From contig CAWEMM010000011.1 in NCBI GenBank assembly GCA_963810095.1, positions 224,001 to 288,000 on the forward strand: a stretch of DNA of 64,000 nt. The letters run 5' to 3'. How positions within the stretch are numbered: the stretch's first letter is position 1; every line of letters begins with the position of its first letter. The position numbers and the translations under genes are program-made. The notes below the pieces were generated by a model, which saw only the letters and a list, made by a program, of their open reading frames with translations, was not told the DNA's origin and did not search any database. Positions 33,477-43,413 of the stretch are shown here, piece after piece. The DNA is from an uncultured Chloroflexia bacterium (GTDB lineage: Bacteria > Chloroflexota > Anaerolineae > CG2-30-64-16).

Positions 33477-34777
33477 ACCTCCTCCTCGACGTCGACCCGG
33501 ATCACCCGCCCAAAGCCGGACAAGGTCCGGCTCTCCGTGCGCTGGCGCCGAATTTTGTCGATCGGATCGAACGGGAAGCCCTGTGCGAGCACGTTGCTGG
33601 GGATGCGATGCTGAGTGAGCAGCCCGCGCAACCCGAGCAGGGTGCTCGCGTTGCCTTGCGGGGGATCGAACGTCGACGCGTCGAGCAGTACTGCCGTCGG
33701 CGCATTCCCGCGTGAGATGAGCGGCAGCAGCGGCGCGACCCAGGCCGGGTCTTGCGAGGGCGTGATGATGACGAGCGTCCGGCCGCTCCCCAGGCTGGGC
33801 CCGGATTGGCGGATCAACTCGGCCAGGGACATCCCCGCCGCAGGCTCGACCAGCGCCAGCGCTTCGAGGATGCGCCACAACTGGTCCTGTCCGCGACCCG
33901 GCGGCAGCATGAGCGAATTCCGGCCGGAAGCGATCAGGCCCACTGCCCGGCGCTCCCCCTGGCGCAGGTACTGCGCGGCGAGCGACGCGGCCAGGATGAC
34001 GCTGTACTCCTGGGTGGCCTCGGCTTCCTGGCCGGCCTGCACCGCCGCATCCAGGTCGAGGATCAGCCACAGGTCGCCGGACGGCTCGCGGTCGAACTCG
34101 TGCACCATCAACTCGTCGTGGCGGGCGGTCGCCTTCCAATGAACGCGGCGCAGCGCATCGCCCGGCGCATACGGGCGCAAGCCCCCCACAAGAATGGTTT
34201 CTTCGTTCGCGCGGAGGGATGAGGTCGAGCGGCCGGGCGCGCGGCCGCGGGGCAGGTCCAGGTCGGGGAGCCGGGAGGCCCGCGGGTAGACCATGATCGT
34301 CGTGCTCTCGGGATGGCGGTGCATGACCTTGAAAAACCCGAGGGGGTCGCCCATCTCCACGTCCCACGGCCCCAGCCGGAAGACACCCCGGCGCTGGCAC
34401 ACGCCCGCAGTCGTCCAGGAGCGCTCACCCCCGGACTCGGCCGTCTCCACCCGGTCCACCCGGTAGCCGGGCACCTCCGACCGGTCCCACACCCGCGCCC
34501 ACAGCACCGGCAGCTGGCCCCGGTTCGTCAGCGTGAACTGCTCGCGCAGCCGGTCGCCGGCGACCACCCAGGCCCCGTAGGTTCGGCGCTCGACGGTCAC
34601 CTGGTCGCGCAACATCCGTGCCCAGAAATAGGCGACCAAGATCAGAAAGCCGAAACCGACCAGGAGCCAGCTCCAGACCCGATCCGGCGAAACCAGCTGC
34701 AGCACCAACGTCACGCCCCACGCGATGAAGGGCAGCGGCGTGGTCGGGCGCAGCGTGGCTCGTGCGGTAGGCATCAT
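33473..34777 (-). CDS. DUF58 domain protein
   Basis: RRGVFRLGP, DPLGFF, VYP, LRPYAPGDALRRVHWKATAR; overlaps the next start (ATGA). Confidence 0.9.
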   Translation of the reverse strand: MMPTARATLRPTTPLPFIAWGVTLVLQLVSPDRVWSWLLVGFGFLILVAYFWARMLRDQVTVERRTYGAWVVAGDRLREQFTLTNRGQLPVLWARVWDRSEVPGYRVDRVETAESGGERSWTTAGVCQRRGVFRLGPWDVEMGDPLGFFKVMHRHPESTTIMVYPRASRLPDLDLPRGRAPGRSTSSLRANEETILVGGLRPYAPGDALRRVHWKATARHDELMVHEFDREPSGDLWLILDLDAAVQAGQEAEATQEYSVILAASLAAQYLRQGERRAVGLIASGRNSLMLPPGRGQDQLWRILEALALVEPAAGMSLAELIRQSGPSLGSGRTLVIITPSQDPAWVAPLLPLISRGNAPTAVLLDASTFDPPQGNASTLLGLRGLLTQHRIPSNVLAQGFPFDPIDKIRRQRTESRTLSGFGRVIRVDVEEEV

Positions 34778-34924
34778 AACGGCATTATAGCACTCACCGA
34801 GAAACCAGGTCGACGCCGCAAGTGGCTGCTTGCCTGCGAGGGTGGCATTCGTGGCAACTTGGTTTGTCGGTGATGGGGGCAGCGTGCTACAATCTCGACG
34901 ATCTCTGACCGGACGGTTCGAGGC

Positions 34925-35716
34925 ATGTGCAAATCAGGACAGCCCTCCATAACGCAACAGCACATCGAAACGGAACAACTCATCGAGGAGTCGGTTAACG
35001 CCCTCACGTGCGACTATGCGTTATACTACCGACCTCAGAACGGTCGCGCCGTGCTGCGACGCAACTGCGACCGCTTCCTGTCCGCTTCCATCATCAAGGT
35101 GCCGATCCTGTTTGCCTGGGCGCACCTGGAGCGGGCCGGCGCCGTTAGCTTACGCGACGCCTGTAACCTGGACGCCGAGGCGCCGGTGGAGGGCGCGGGC
35201 CTCTCGTGGCTGCTTCACCAGCGCACGCTGCCCTTTCACGACGTGCTGCTCCTGATGACGGCGCTCTCCGACAACCTGTGCACTAACCTGGTCATAAGGC
35301 ACGTTGGGCTGGAGCGACTCAACGCGGTCTTCCGCGAGTTGGGTCTGCCCGACGCCAGCTTGCAGCGCAAGCTGTTTGACTACGAGGCGCGGGCGCGGGG
35401 ATTGGACAACTGGGTGTCGGCGGCCGATTGCATCCGGCTTTACGAGCTGCGCGATGCGCTCTCTCCCGGCGAGCGCGCGTGGATCGAGCCGATGCTGCTC
35501 TGGAACTCGGACCTGGGCCTGTGGTTGCGGAATGTCCCGCGCGACACGGTCGAGTTCTATCACAAGTCGGGCAATGTCGAGCATGTGCTCCACGACTGGG
35601 GCTATACACGGCACGCCGACGCGTTCCTGCTCACGCAGAATGTCCGCGACGAGCGCGAGGTCTACCGCCTGCTTGACCTGCTGGGTCCGGCGCTCTTGGA
35701 GGATAAGGCGCCTTAA
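34925..35716 (+). CDS. class A beta-lactamase-like serine hydrolase
   Basis: ASIIK (SxxK), SDN and HKSG motifs; start uncertain. Confidence 0.82.
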   Translation: MCKSGQPSITQQHIETEQLIEESVNALTCDYALYYRPQNGRAVLRRNCDRFLSASIIKVPILFAWAHLERAGAVSLRDACNLDAEAPVEGAGLSWLLHQRTLPFHDVLLLMTALSDNLCTNLVIRHVGLERLNAVFRELGLPDASLQRKLFDYEARARGLDNWVSAADCIRLYELRDALSPGERAWIEPMLLWNSDLGLWLRNVPRDTVEFYHKSGNVEHVLHDWGYTRHADAFLLTQNVRDEREVYRLLDLLGPALLEDKAP

Positions 35717-35777
35717 TTGATGCGACCTCGGGGTCTGCCCACGCGCCGAGGTCTGACTGCGATGACGGGGAACTTTG

Positions 35778-36077
35778 CTACAGCTGGAAACGTCCGCTCG
35801 CGGTAATGACTTTCTGACTGTAGTTGTGGACATGTTCGAGAAGTCGTTCGCGCAGCTGCCGCCAGTCTTCGCTCTCGAGGATCTGGTGCATGGTCGGCAG
35901 GTCGTTAGCCACCGCACCCGTCAGAATCTGGGGCCCGCTGCCATGGACCGTATACCAAGCCTCGGTCGGCTGGAGGCCCAGCCGCATCAGTCCCGGGGCA
36001 AACTCTTGCATCACAAATTCAAAATAGGATTGCTCGTGCCCGGTCTTGATGTCCCAATTCATGAGTAGCTTAACCAT
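35778..36077 (-). CDS. small hypothetical protein
   Basis: GGAAGGTGG RBS-like site, ATG, protein-like composition MVKLLMNWDIK...RFQL. Confidence 0.7.
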   Translation of the reverse strand: MVKLLMNWDIKTGHEQSYFEFVMQEFAPGLMRLGLQPTEAWYTVHGSGPQILTGAVANDLPTMHQILESEDWRQLRERLLEHVHNYSQKVITASGRFQL

Positions 36078-36154
36078 GCGGACCCACCTTCCCTCGCTGC
36101 GGAGACGGTTGGTCGGAGGATACCAGAATCACCTACATTAAGCAAGTCACCATC

Positions 36155-38209
36155 GTGCTTGGCATCGTCTTGTGCTTGCTTTCACTCGGACGATTGGTCG
36201 CGCAAGCGGGCTCCCTGCCGCAGGTCGCCACCCCCGGCAGTGCGGCCGTGGGCGTCGTTCCGGCGGACGGCAAACCGCCGCGGCATCCGCCTCCGCAGCC
36301 AGACCGTCAACGCCGTCATCACGGAAGCTGCGGACGGCGTGTGGGCCGACACCGACCTGCAGGTGCAGTTACAGAACCGGGGCAAGACGCCCATCGTCGT
36401 ACCGGTCGGCCTGCCTGGGCCACAGCCGGCGGCTTATGTCACCACTACGCTCGGCCTTCCCGAGATTTACGAAGTGACGCTCGACAAGAAGCCCCTCGCC
36501 CTTGTGCCGCTCGGGCCTGGAGAGCGACCCGGGATTCGGGCCTCGGCCGTGATCACCGTCCCCGAGCAGGGCACCGTGTCGCTGCGGGTGCGCTACAGGC
36601 AGGCCGTGCCGGTGCGCGACGACCTGGCAGCGTACGTGTATCCGCTGGCCAGCGGGAACGTTTGGGCAGGCGCGCCTGAGTCGTTGAGCGTGCTCCTGAC
36701 TTTCAAGCGGGCCGTTTCACGCGAGCAAGTGATGTTCCTCACGCCCGGATGGCGCACGCCCCGGCCGGGCGCCTATGCCTGGGGCTGGAGCGGGGCCAAG
36801 GCGTCCTCGAATGCCGCCGCAGTGTTCGTGACGAATCGATGGTGGCAGGAGCTCGAAGCTGCCCGGGCGGCGGCTGCAGGGTCCAATTCGGGGCTGGCCG
36901 AACACGCAGCCCTCGCGGAGCATTACTGGCGACTCGCCACACTCGCCCCGCCCGCCTTTGCACCGGGCGCATCCTTCTATGACCGGGCGTTCCCGCTCGC
37001 GGTTGCCGCTTGGCGGGCCGGGCTCGCCCGGGCCGGCGCAACGACACCCCCCGCCGACCTCGCCCGTGCACACGAACGCCTCGCCGGGTTGTACCTGGCA
37101 GAGGGTAATCGTGCCGGGGGGGCTGCCGCGCAGACGTATCTGCAGCTCGCAGCAGACGAAATGGCCGCAGGCGTCGCCCTGGATCCGGGCAACGAGGAGC
37201 TGGCCTCCTCCGCGAGCGCCCTAGAGGAACGGTTGGCGGCGGGCGCGGCAAACCGCGGCGACGGTATGCTCGCCTCGGCCCACTCCGCGCGTCTCGCGGC
37301 ACTTGCCGCGGGACAGTACGCGTCGACCTCGGCGCAGGTCGCCCAGCAGCAGGCGCTGGCTCTTGCGGAGGCGGCCGTCACCGCCGGCGACCTCGCCGGC
37401 GCGCGACATTTGCTGGCCGAGGCTTATGGGCCCGAGGTGCTCCAGGTCACGAATGCCCGCCCGCCCCTGGTCACGCAATCGATTGTGCACGTAAAGAGCC
37501 GGCCGGCGGGCCGGGAGATCTCGCTGCGCCTGGTCGGAGGTAGCGCCGGGTCGGCGACGGGCCTGGTCGAGGAAACGGCCGCTGCGCTGCGCCGGGTGGC
37601 GCCCGTGACTTCAGCGGCCGACACGCTGACCGTCACCCTGGCGTATACGGATCCAGCCGCGCTCATCGCCGCACAGGGCCGGCTCGCCGCCGCCCTGCCC
37701 CACTTGCCCGAACTGGCCCTGCTTTCATCCGCACTGTCGACGCGCCGGCTGGCCTGGCCCGAGCAGGCGAACCTGGTTTCGCGCACCTCGCGTTACGAGG
37801 AACGCGTCGACCTGACGCCGAGTGTTGCGGCCTGGGACGCCGAGGCGGCGAAGCTGGAGGCGGCGGCGGTCGAGGCCACAGGGGTCGGCGGGCCACTGGA
37901 CCGGCTGCGCGCGGCGCTGTGGCGGGCGCGGATGCGCGGGCCTGGCGGGATATGGGGGCGCTGAGTCGGGCCACGTACGAGGTCGAGCTGCAGGAGCAAG
38001 GCGCGGGACCGGATTGGCTACAGGCCCGCGTGCATCAGCTGTACCAGGAAGGCTCGGTGGGCCGCGAGTGGGTCATCCGCGCCGGCGAAACCCGTCAGCT
38101 CGAAATGGCAGTGCTCGGATGGCGGTACGACCGGGTCGCGCTGGCGACAGGCGTCGCCCTCCTGATGGCCGGTCTCGCCGTGGTCGTCCTGTGGTTGGCC
38201 ACGAGCTAA
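36155..38209 (+). CDS. hypothetical membrane-anchored secreted protein; frameshifts near 36260 and 37925
   Basis: Signal peptide (36155 frame), long Ala-rich ORF 36159-37964 and C-terminal TM (37919-38209) join into one gene. Confidence 0.6.
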
Positions 38210-38280
38210 ACAGACGGAAGCGGCGCTGCGCCCAGTCCCCCCCGCCTCGAATGGCCGCGCCCTTGCGGAAGCGCCCAAGT

Positions 38281-39611
38281 CTAGCGGCGCCGGATCATAG
38301 GCAGGTAGAGGTGGTTCTTCAGCTTCGCGGGATCGGTGGTCGGACGGGGGGTTGGCGTACGGGTCGGCGTGCTGCGTGCGGGTCGGCGTGTGCGTGCGGG
38401 TGGGCGTGGAAGTCCGCGTTGGCGTTCGCGTCGGGGTGAAGGTCGGCCGCCGGCTGTCCCGCGCCATAGATCGCCTTGATCCCGGCGATATCGTTTGCGC
38501 CCAGCGACCGCTTCACCGTGCCCATGACATACGACGCGCACATGACAGGCGTGCTGTAAGGACAGTTGCCATCGGTGTCGTGCGCCAGCGAAAGGAAATG
38601 GCCCAACTCGTGCGTTGCGACGGTTTGCAGGTCCGGCTCGTTGCTCGAAGGTGAGCCGGTCGCGTCCCACGCATAGTAGTCGTTGAAACGGAGATCGACG
38701 TCCACGATCTGCCCGTTGTCGTATTTCCACCACTGCGTCTCCGCGAGCGTCGTCACGTTCCCCAAATCCTGCCAGTAGATCACATTCTGGTCGTCTGCCG
38801 CCCACGAGGTCGCGCCCGTGGTCCCGCCATACTTGAAGGAAAACGCAGCGCCCGCGTCGTTCCACGCACCGGCTGCCCACAGGATCGCGTTACGAAACGC
38901 TTCATACGACCCGTTCGCACCGCCGGCGTCGCCCGTGTTGATGTTGATACGGTAACTCTCTTCCATGGGATTGGGGCCGAACCACTTTGCATTGTTGTAC
39001 TGGTAATCGTCGGGCCCCGCGCCAGCGAGCGCGGATGGTCCCGGCAAGAGCGCCTGGGGCGCGGCGCCTAAGGACGGTGCACTGCTGTCCGGCGTGTTCG
39101 GCTCGGCCGGCCAGCGTCCTTCGATCACGCCGGCATCGAGGTCCGAAAGCTGCAGGTCCGCCTGCCACGCTCGGTTAACAGCCCGGCCGCCGGCGATGGT
39201 GAACTTGCCCTGCTCGCCCGCGGTCACCCGGTACGCGCCGCGTTTCAGCTCCCCCAGGAAAAGGTAGACGTCCTCGCCCGCCTCAAAGACCGGCTCTTCC
39301 GAAGAAACCATCGTCAAGCCGTCTACCGTGCCCCCGAGCACCCGCACGGGCAGCAGCGCGCCGGTGGAGAGATGGCCGCGCGGAATGGCACTCAGCCGCA
39401 CGTACACAGTGCTTTCGATCTGTCGCTCCGCGTTCCACCCGGACTCAATGCGTTCTACTTGCCCCCGCACGACCAGGGCGCTGCGCGCGTCGATTTCCGA
39501 AAGCGGGAGGCGAATACTGGTCGCGTCGATGCGACCGGCCAGCAGAAAGGCAGCGAGCGCCGCGAGAAGGCACGCGACGACCGCCCGCCCGTAACGTGAG
39601 TAGTAGGTCAT
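38281..39611 (-). CDS. matrixin (M10)-family zinc metalloprotease with PT linker and C-terminal YLPxxxR tail; frameshifts near 38450 and 38370
   Basis: HELGHFLSLAH, Met-turn PVM, signal peptide; PTRTPT repeats and HLYLPMIRRR* in shifted frames. Confidence 0.85.
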
Positions 39612-39750
39612 GGGAACCGTTCCATGAGGAGGATGACGAACTTTATGTGCAGTATAAGCGCGAAGCTTACAAGTTTTCAAGTTCGGAGGAAGGGGTTTGG
39701 AACGCGAAGGCGCCAGCGCTGCTGGCGTCAGCGAATGCGGGTGAAGACAT

Positions 39751-39787
39751 GTAGGGGCAAGGCATCCCTCGGATGCCTTGCCCCTAC
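39751..39787. repeat. GTAG-type REP palindrome
   Basis: GTAGGGGCAAGGCATCC-CTC-GGATGCCTTGCCCCTAC, perfect. Confidence 0.85.
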
Positions 39788-39791
39788 CGGG

Positions 39792-40796
39792 CTAGAGTTC
39801 GATGGGCTTCGCGAGAAACGCCTTCAACAAGTTCACCGTAGCGCGCACGTCGCGCTCGTCCACAATCTGCGACGGCGTGTGCACGTGGCGGCTGGGGATC
39901 GAGAGCGCCGTGGCCGGCACACCGGCTCGTCCGACCTGGATCGCGAAGGCATCGGTTGTTCCGCCCTGAAGGACTTCGAGTTGGTACGGGATGCCCGCCG
40001 CCTCGGCTGTGTCTTCAAGGCGGGCGTTGAGACCGGGGTGGCCGATCATGCCCGAATCGAGCACCTTGACGGCCACGCCCTTGCCAATCCCGACCTCCAT
40101 GGCCGGCGAGGCATAGGGAACGTCGCCCGTCATCGTGACGTCCAGCGCAATGGCGAGGTCGGGATCGATGGCATAACCAGACGTACGGGCCCCGCGCGTC
40201 CCCACTTCCTCCTGCGTCGTGAACACCGCGTACAGGTCATGGTCGACCGGCGCCTCTTTCAGCTCGCGCAGCAGTTGCACGAGGACGACACAGCCGGCCC
40301 GGTCGTCCATGTTCGGCGAGAACCAGGTGTGGCCTTGCGCCACAAAGCCCGGCCAGAAGCCGCACACCGAGCCGACCTTCTGCTTCACGTCTGCCTTGCC
40401 GCCGGCGCCCACGTCGATATAGAAGTCGCGCAGCTCGGGCAGCTTGTGCCGCACGTCGATCCGGCCGTCCACACCGATCGTGCCGATCGTCCCGTCGGCA
40501 AACCGCACCTGCCCGCCCCACGACGCCAGGCTGTAGATGAAGCCGACGTTGGTGAAGCGCATGAACCCCTTCTCGTCGATATGGGTCACCATCAGGCCAA
40601 TCTGGTCCATGTGCGCGGCCAGCATCACCCGCTTGCCACCGCCGCGGCCCCGCTTCAGGGTCACCAGGTTCCCGAGCGCGTCGACCTGCACCTCGTCGAC
40701 CAGGCCGTTCAGCTCGGCACGGATGACGTCGCGGATCTCGTCCTCGAAGCCCGACACGCCGAATGCCTCGGCCAGACGCTTTGCCAGTTCTTGCAT
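39792..40796 (-). CDS. M42 family aminopeptidase
   Basis: AAHMDQIG, DDRAG, QEEVG, GGTTDA, RHVH. Confidence 0.92.
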   Translation of the reverse strand: MQELAKRLAEAFGVSGFEDEIRDVIRAELNGLVDEVQVDALGNLVTLKRGRGGGKRVMLAAHMDQIGLMVTHIDEKGFMRFTNVGFIYSLASWGGQVRFADGTIGTIGVDGRIDVRHKLPELRDFYIDVGAGGKADVKQKVGSVCGFWPGFVAQGHTWFSPNMDDRAGCVVLVQLLRELKEAPVDHDLYAVFTTQEEVGTRGARTSGYAIDPDLAIALDVTMTGDVPYASPAMEVGIGKGVAVKVLDSGMIGHPGLNARLEDTAEAAGIPYQLEVLQGGTTDAFAIQVGRAGVPATALSIPSRHVHTPSQIVDERDVRATVNLLKAFLAKPIEL

Positions 40797-40808
40797 AGCG
40801 AGTGCTCC

Positions 40809-41878
40809 TTATCCGCGCGCGAGGTGCTCTGGCGACAGGCGCCGCAAGGCGGCATCCATCAGCCGGACCGTCGCGTCGAGATCGTTCAGGTTGAGAATCG
40901 AAGCCGGCCCGTGGATGTAGCGGCAGGGGACGGCCACGGCAACCGAGGGCACGCCGCTGCGCGCCAGGTGGATGGCGCCGCTGTCAGTGCCGCCCAACCC
41001 AGGAGCCTTGTACTGGACCGCGATCCCCTCGGCTGCGGCCGTCTGCTGCAGCAGTGCAACCAGCCCCGGGTGTGCGAACAGGCTCCGGTCCATCAAGGTG
41101 ATGGCCGGCCCGTCGCCAAGGCGCGTGACGGCGGTGCTGTCCTCGTCCGCCGGCCGTGGCAAATCGTCGCAGATGGTGCCTTCGAGTGCAAAGGCGGCTT
41201 GCGGGTCGAGACGGTGGGCAACCACCCGCGCGCCCCTCAGGCCCACTTCCTCCTGCACGGTGAAGACGCCGTAGATGTCGACCGGATACGGCTCGCCCTG
41301 CAACAGCGTAACCAGGGCCGCACAGCCTGCCCGGTCATCAAACCCCTTGCCGCGGACCGTCGGCCAGGCCGGGATCGTCGCTCAGGGCGACAAAGCGGGT
41401 GGCGAAGGTGGCATAGTCGCCCACCTTCGCCTTGCTCGCTGCGCCCTTCTCGTCCGATGCGCCGATATCGATAAAGAGATCGTCCGCGTCCACCACGCGG
41501 CTCGCCGAATCGCCCTTCTGCAAATGCGGCACGGGCGAGCCGATAATGCCCGGGCACGCGGCTTTCGCCGATGACGAGCCGCTTCGCCAGCAGCAGGCGA
41601 GCATCGATCGAGCGGGCGGAAAACGATAGCGTGCCGTTCTTGTTCACTTTCGTGATCATGAAGCCGACTTCGTCCATGTGCGCGCTCAGCATGATCCGCG
41701 GCCTAGGCTCGGCCCCCGTCCCGGCCTTGAACGCAATCAGGTTTCCCAGCGCGTCGATCTCGATCCGGTCCACCCGCGCCTCGATTTCCTCTCGGACGAG
41801 GGTTCGGACCGCTTTTTCGTTTCCCGATGGGCCAAACGCCTCAGACAGCCGGCCCAGCAACTCGCGCAGTTCGGTCAC
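40809..41878 (-). CDS. M42 family aminopeptidase (frameshifted)
   Basis: SAHMDEVG, QEEVGLRGA, GGTDSG and RYIH distributed over three frames. Confidence 0.88.
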
Positions 41879-41903
41879 TTGCTGCTCCTACAGAGGAACG
41901 TCG

Positions 41904-41961
41904 ACACAAAGACACGAAGACACAGGGTGGCGACGTCGGCTTCGTGCCCTGGTGACTTTGT
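41904..41961. repeat. REP-like palindrome, ACACAAAG family B
   Basis: ACACAAAGACACGAAGACACAG...GTGCCCTGGTGACTTTGT. Confidence 0.7.
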
Positions 41962-41967
41962 ATCTAT

Positions 41968-42010
41968 CCGAGAATTAGCTGGGGCCGGTCTCTGACCGTG
42001 CCCCGTCTGG
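41968..42010. repeat. 43-bp dispersed repeat, copy 2
   Basis: 42/43 identical to 19436-19478. Confidence 0.9.
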
Positions 42011-42011
42011 G

Positions 42012-43139
42012 CTACCACAGGTCTTCGGCCAGGCCCGCCAGGGTCTCGCCGTCCAGCCGGCCGATGAAGGCCGCGAGCAAGCGGGCCGTCCGGTCCAGGT
42101 CGGCCGTCGCAACCGTCTCCACCGATGAGTGCATGTAGCGAATGGGGACGCTCAGCAAGCCAGTGGGGATGCCCTCCTGGCTCACCTGGATGGCCCAGGC
42201 ATCCGTGCCGGTCGGGCCATACATCGGCTCCACCTGGTAGGGGATTTCGAGCGCATCCGCCGCCTCCTTCAGGCGCTTCACGACGCCCGGGTGCAGGTTC
42301 GGTCCGATGCCAATGGTCGGCCCACGATCCATTGCGTAAGTCTCGTCCTCACTCACCCCCGGCGTATTCCCGAAAGTCACGTCGAGCGCGATGGCGACGT
42401 CGGGCGCCACCCCGAACGCAGCGGTGGTTGCGCCCCGCAACCCGATCTCCTCCTGGACCGTAGCAACAGCCAGTACGTCCCATGGGTGCTGCATCTGTGC
42501 GAGATACCCCAGCGCGCCGAGCATGATCGCGACGCTGGCCCGGTTGTCCAGCGCCTTCGTGGCGATCCGGCCGTCCAGCAGCTCCGTGGCCGGCCCGCGC
42601 CAGACTGCCCGGTCACCGACACGGACGAGCCCGCCGTCGAGAAAGCCGGGCGGCAGCCCAAGGTCGATGCGCAGATCGGTGCATCGGGATGACCTTGTGC
42701 CGCTCCTCCTCCGTCAGCAGGTGGGGCGGGCGGCTGCCAATATAGCCGGGCAAGCCATCTGGATAAGCGTCGGCGCCGGGGCCTGACGGATAGACGGTTA
42801 CTTCCTGGCCCAGGGCAGAGCGGGGATCGACCCCGCCGACGCGGGTCACGTGGAGGAACCCGCGGTCTACCTTGGTGACGACCAGGCCGATCTCGTCCAT
42901 GTGCGCCGCGATCATCACGCGTCCGGGCGCATTTGAGACCTCGCTTGTCGGGCCGGCGCCGCCCCGCGCACCCCTTGCGGCGCGCGCGCGATCAGGTTCC
43001 CGAGCGCGTCGGTGCGCAGGTCTGCGACGGTGTCTTCCGCCAGGCTGCGCACGAGCCCGGCCACCTTCGTCTCGGCGCCAGACGGGCCGTCGATCGCGCA
43101 CAGCTGTTTCAAAATGTCTGTGATCCGCGCTTTGTCCAT
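42012..43139 (-). CDS. M42 family aminopeptidase (frameshifted)
   Basis: DGPSGAE, AAHMDEIG, QEEIGLRGA, TGTDA and RYMH over several frames. Confidence 0.87.
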
Positions 43140-43338
43140 GCAGCGTATCCTTTGGAAGGGGGCTGACTGCGGTTTCCGGCCAACAGCCGCAGGATTGTAC
43201 CCCGCGCTCATTTGTCCGTCAAACGTCCCTTGGCTGGACGATGTACCGAGACAGGGTCGCACACAGACTTCTGTGAACTTTGGGACCGCGCGCGTCGCCC
43301 GCGACGCCACTGGCGCGGTCAGCGAAAGTCCTGGGGAC

Positions 43339-43368
43339 TTGACGCTATGTCAACAAAACGGTTAAAAT
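43339..43368 (+). promoter_or_regulatory. sigma70 promoter with palindromic operator over the -35
   Basis: TTGACG-18 nt-TAAAAT; TTGAC-GCTAT-GTCAA palindrome at 43339-43353. Confidence 0.6.
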
Positions 43369-43413
43369 AGTCTTGTCCGGATTCAAGAAGGAGCGGCTGA
43401 CCCGAGAAGCTTT

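Noticed and set aside
34925-35716. Antibiotic-resistance beta-lactamase
   Set aside because: It has only generic SxxK/SDN/KSG motifs, no signal peptide and no mobile context; better called a serine hydrolase.
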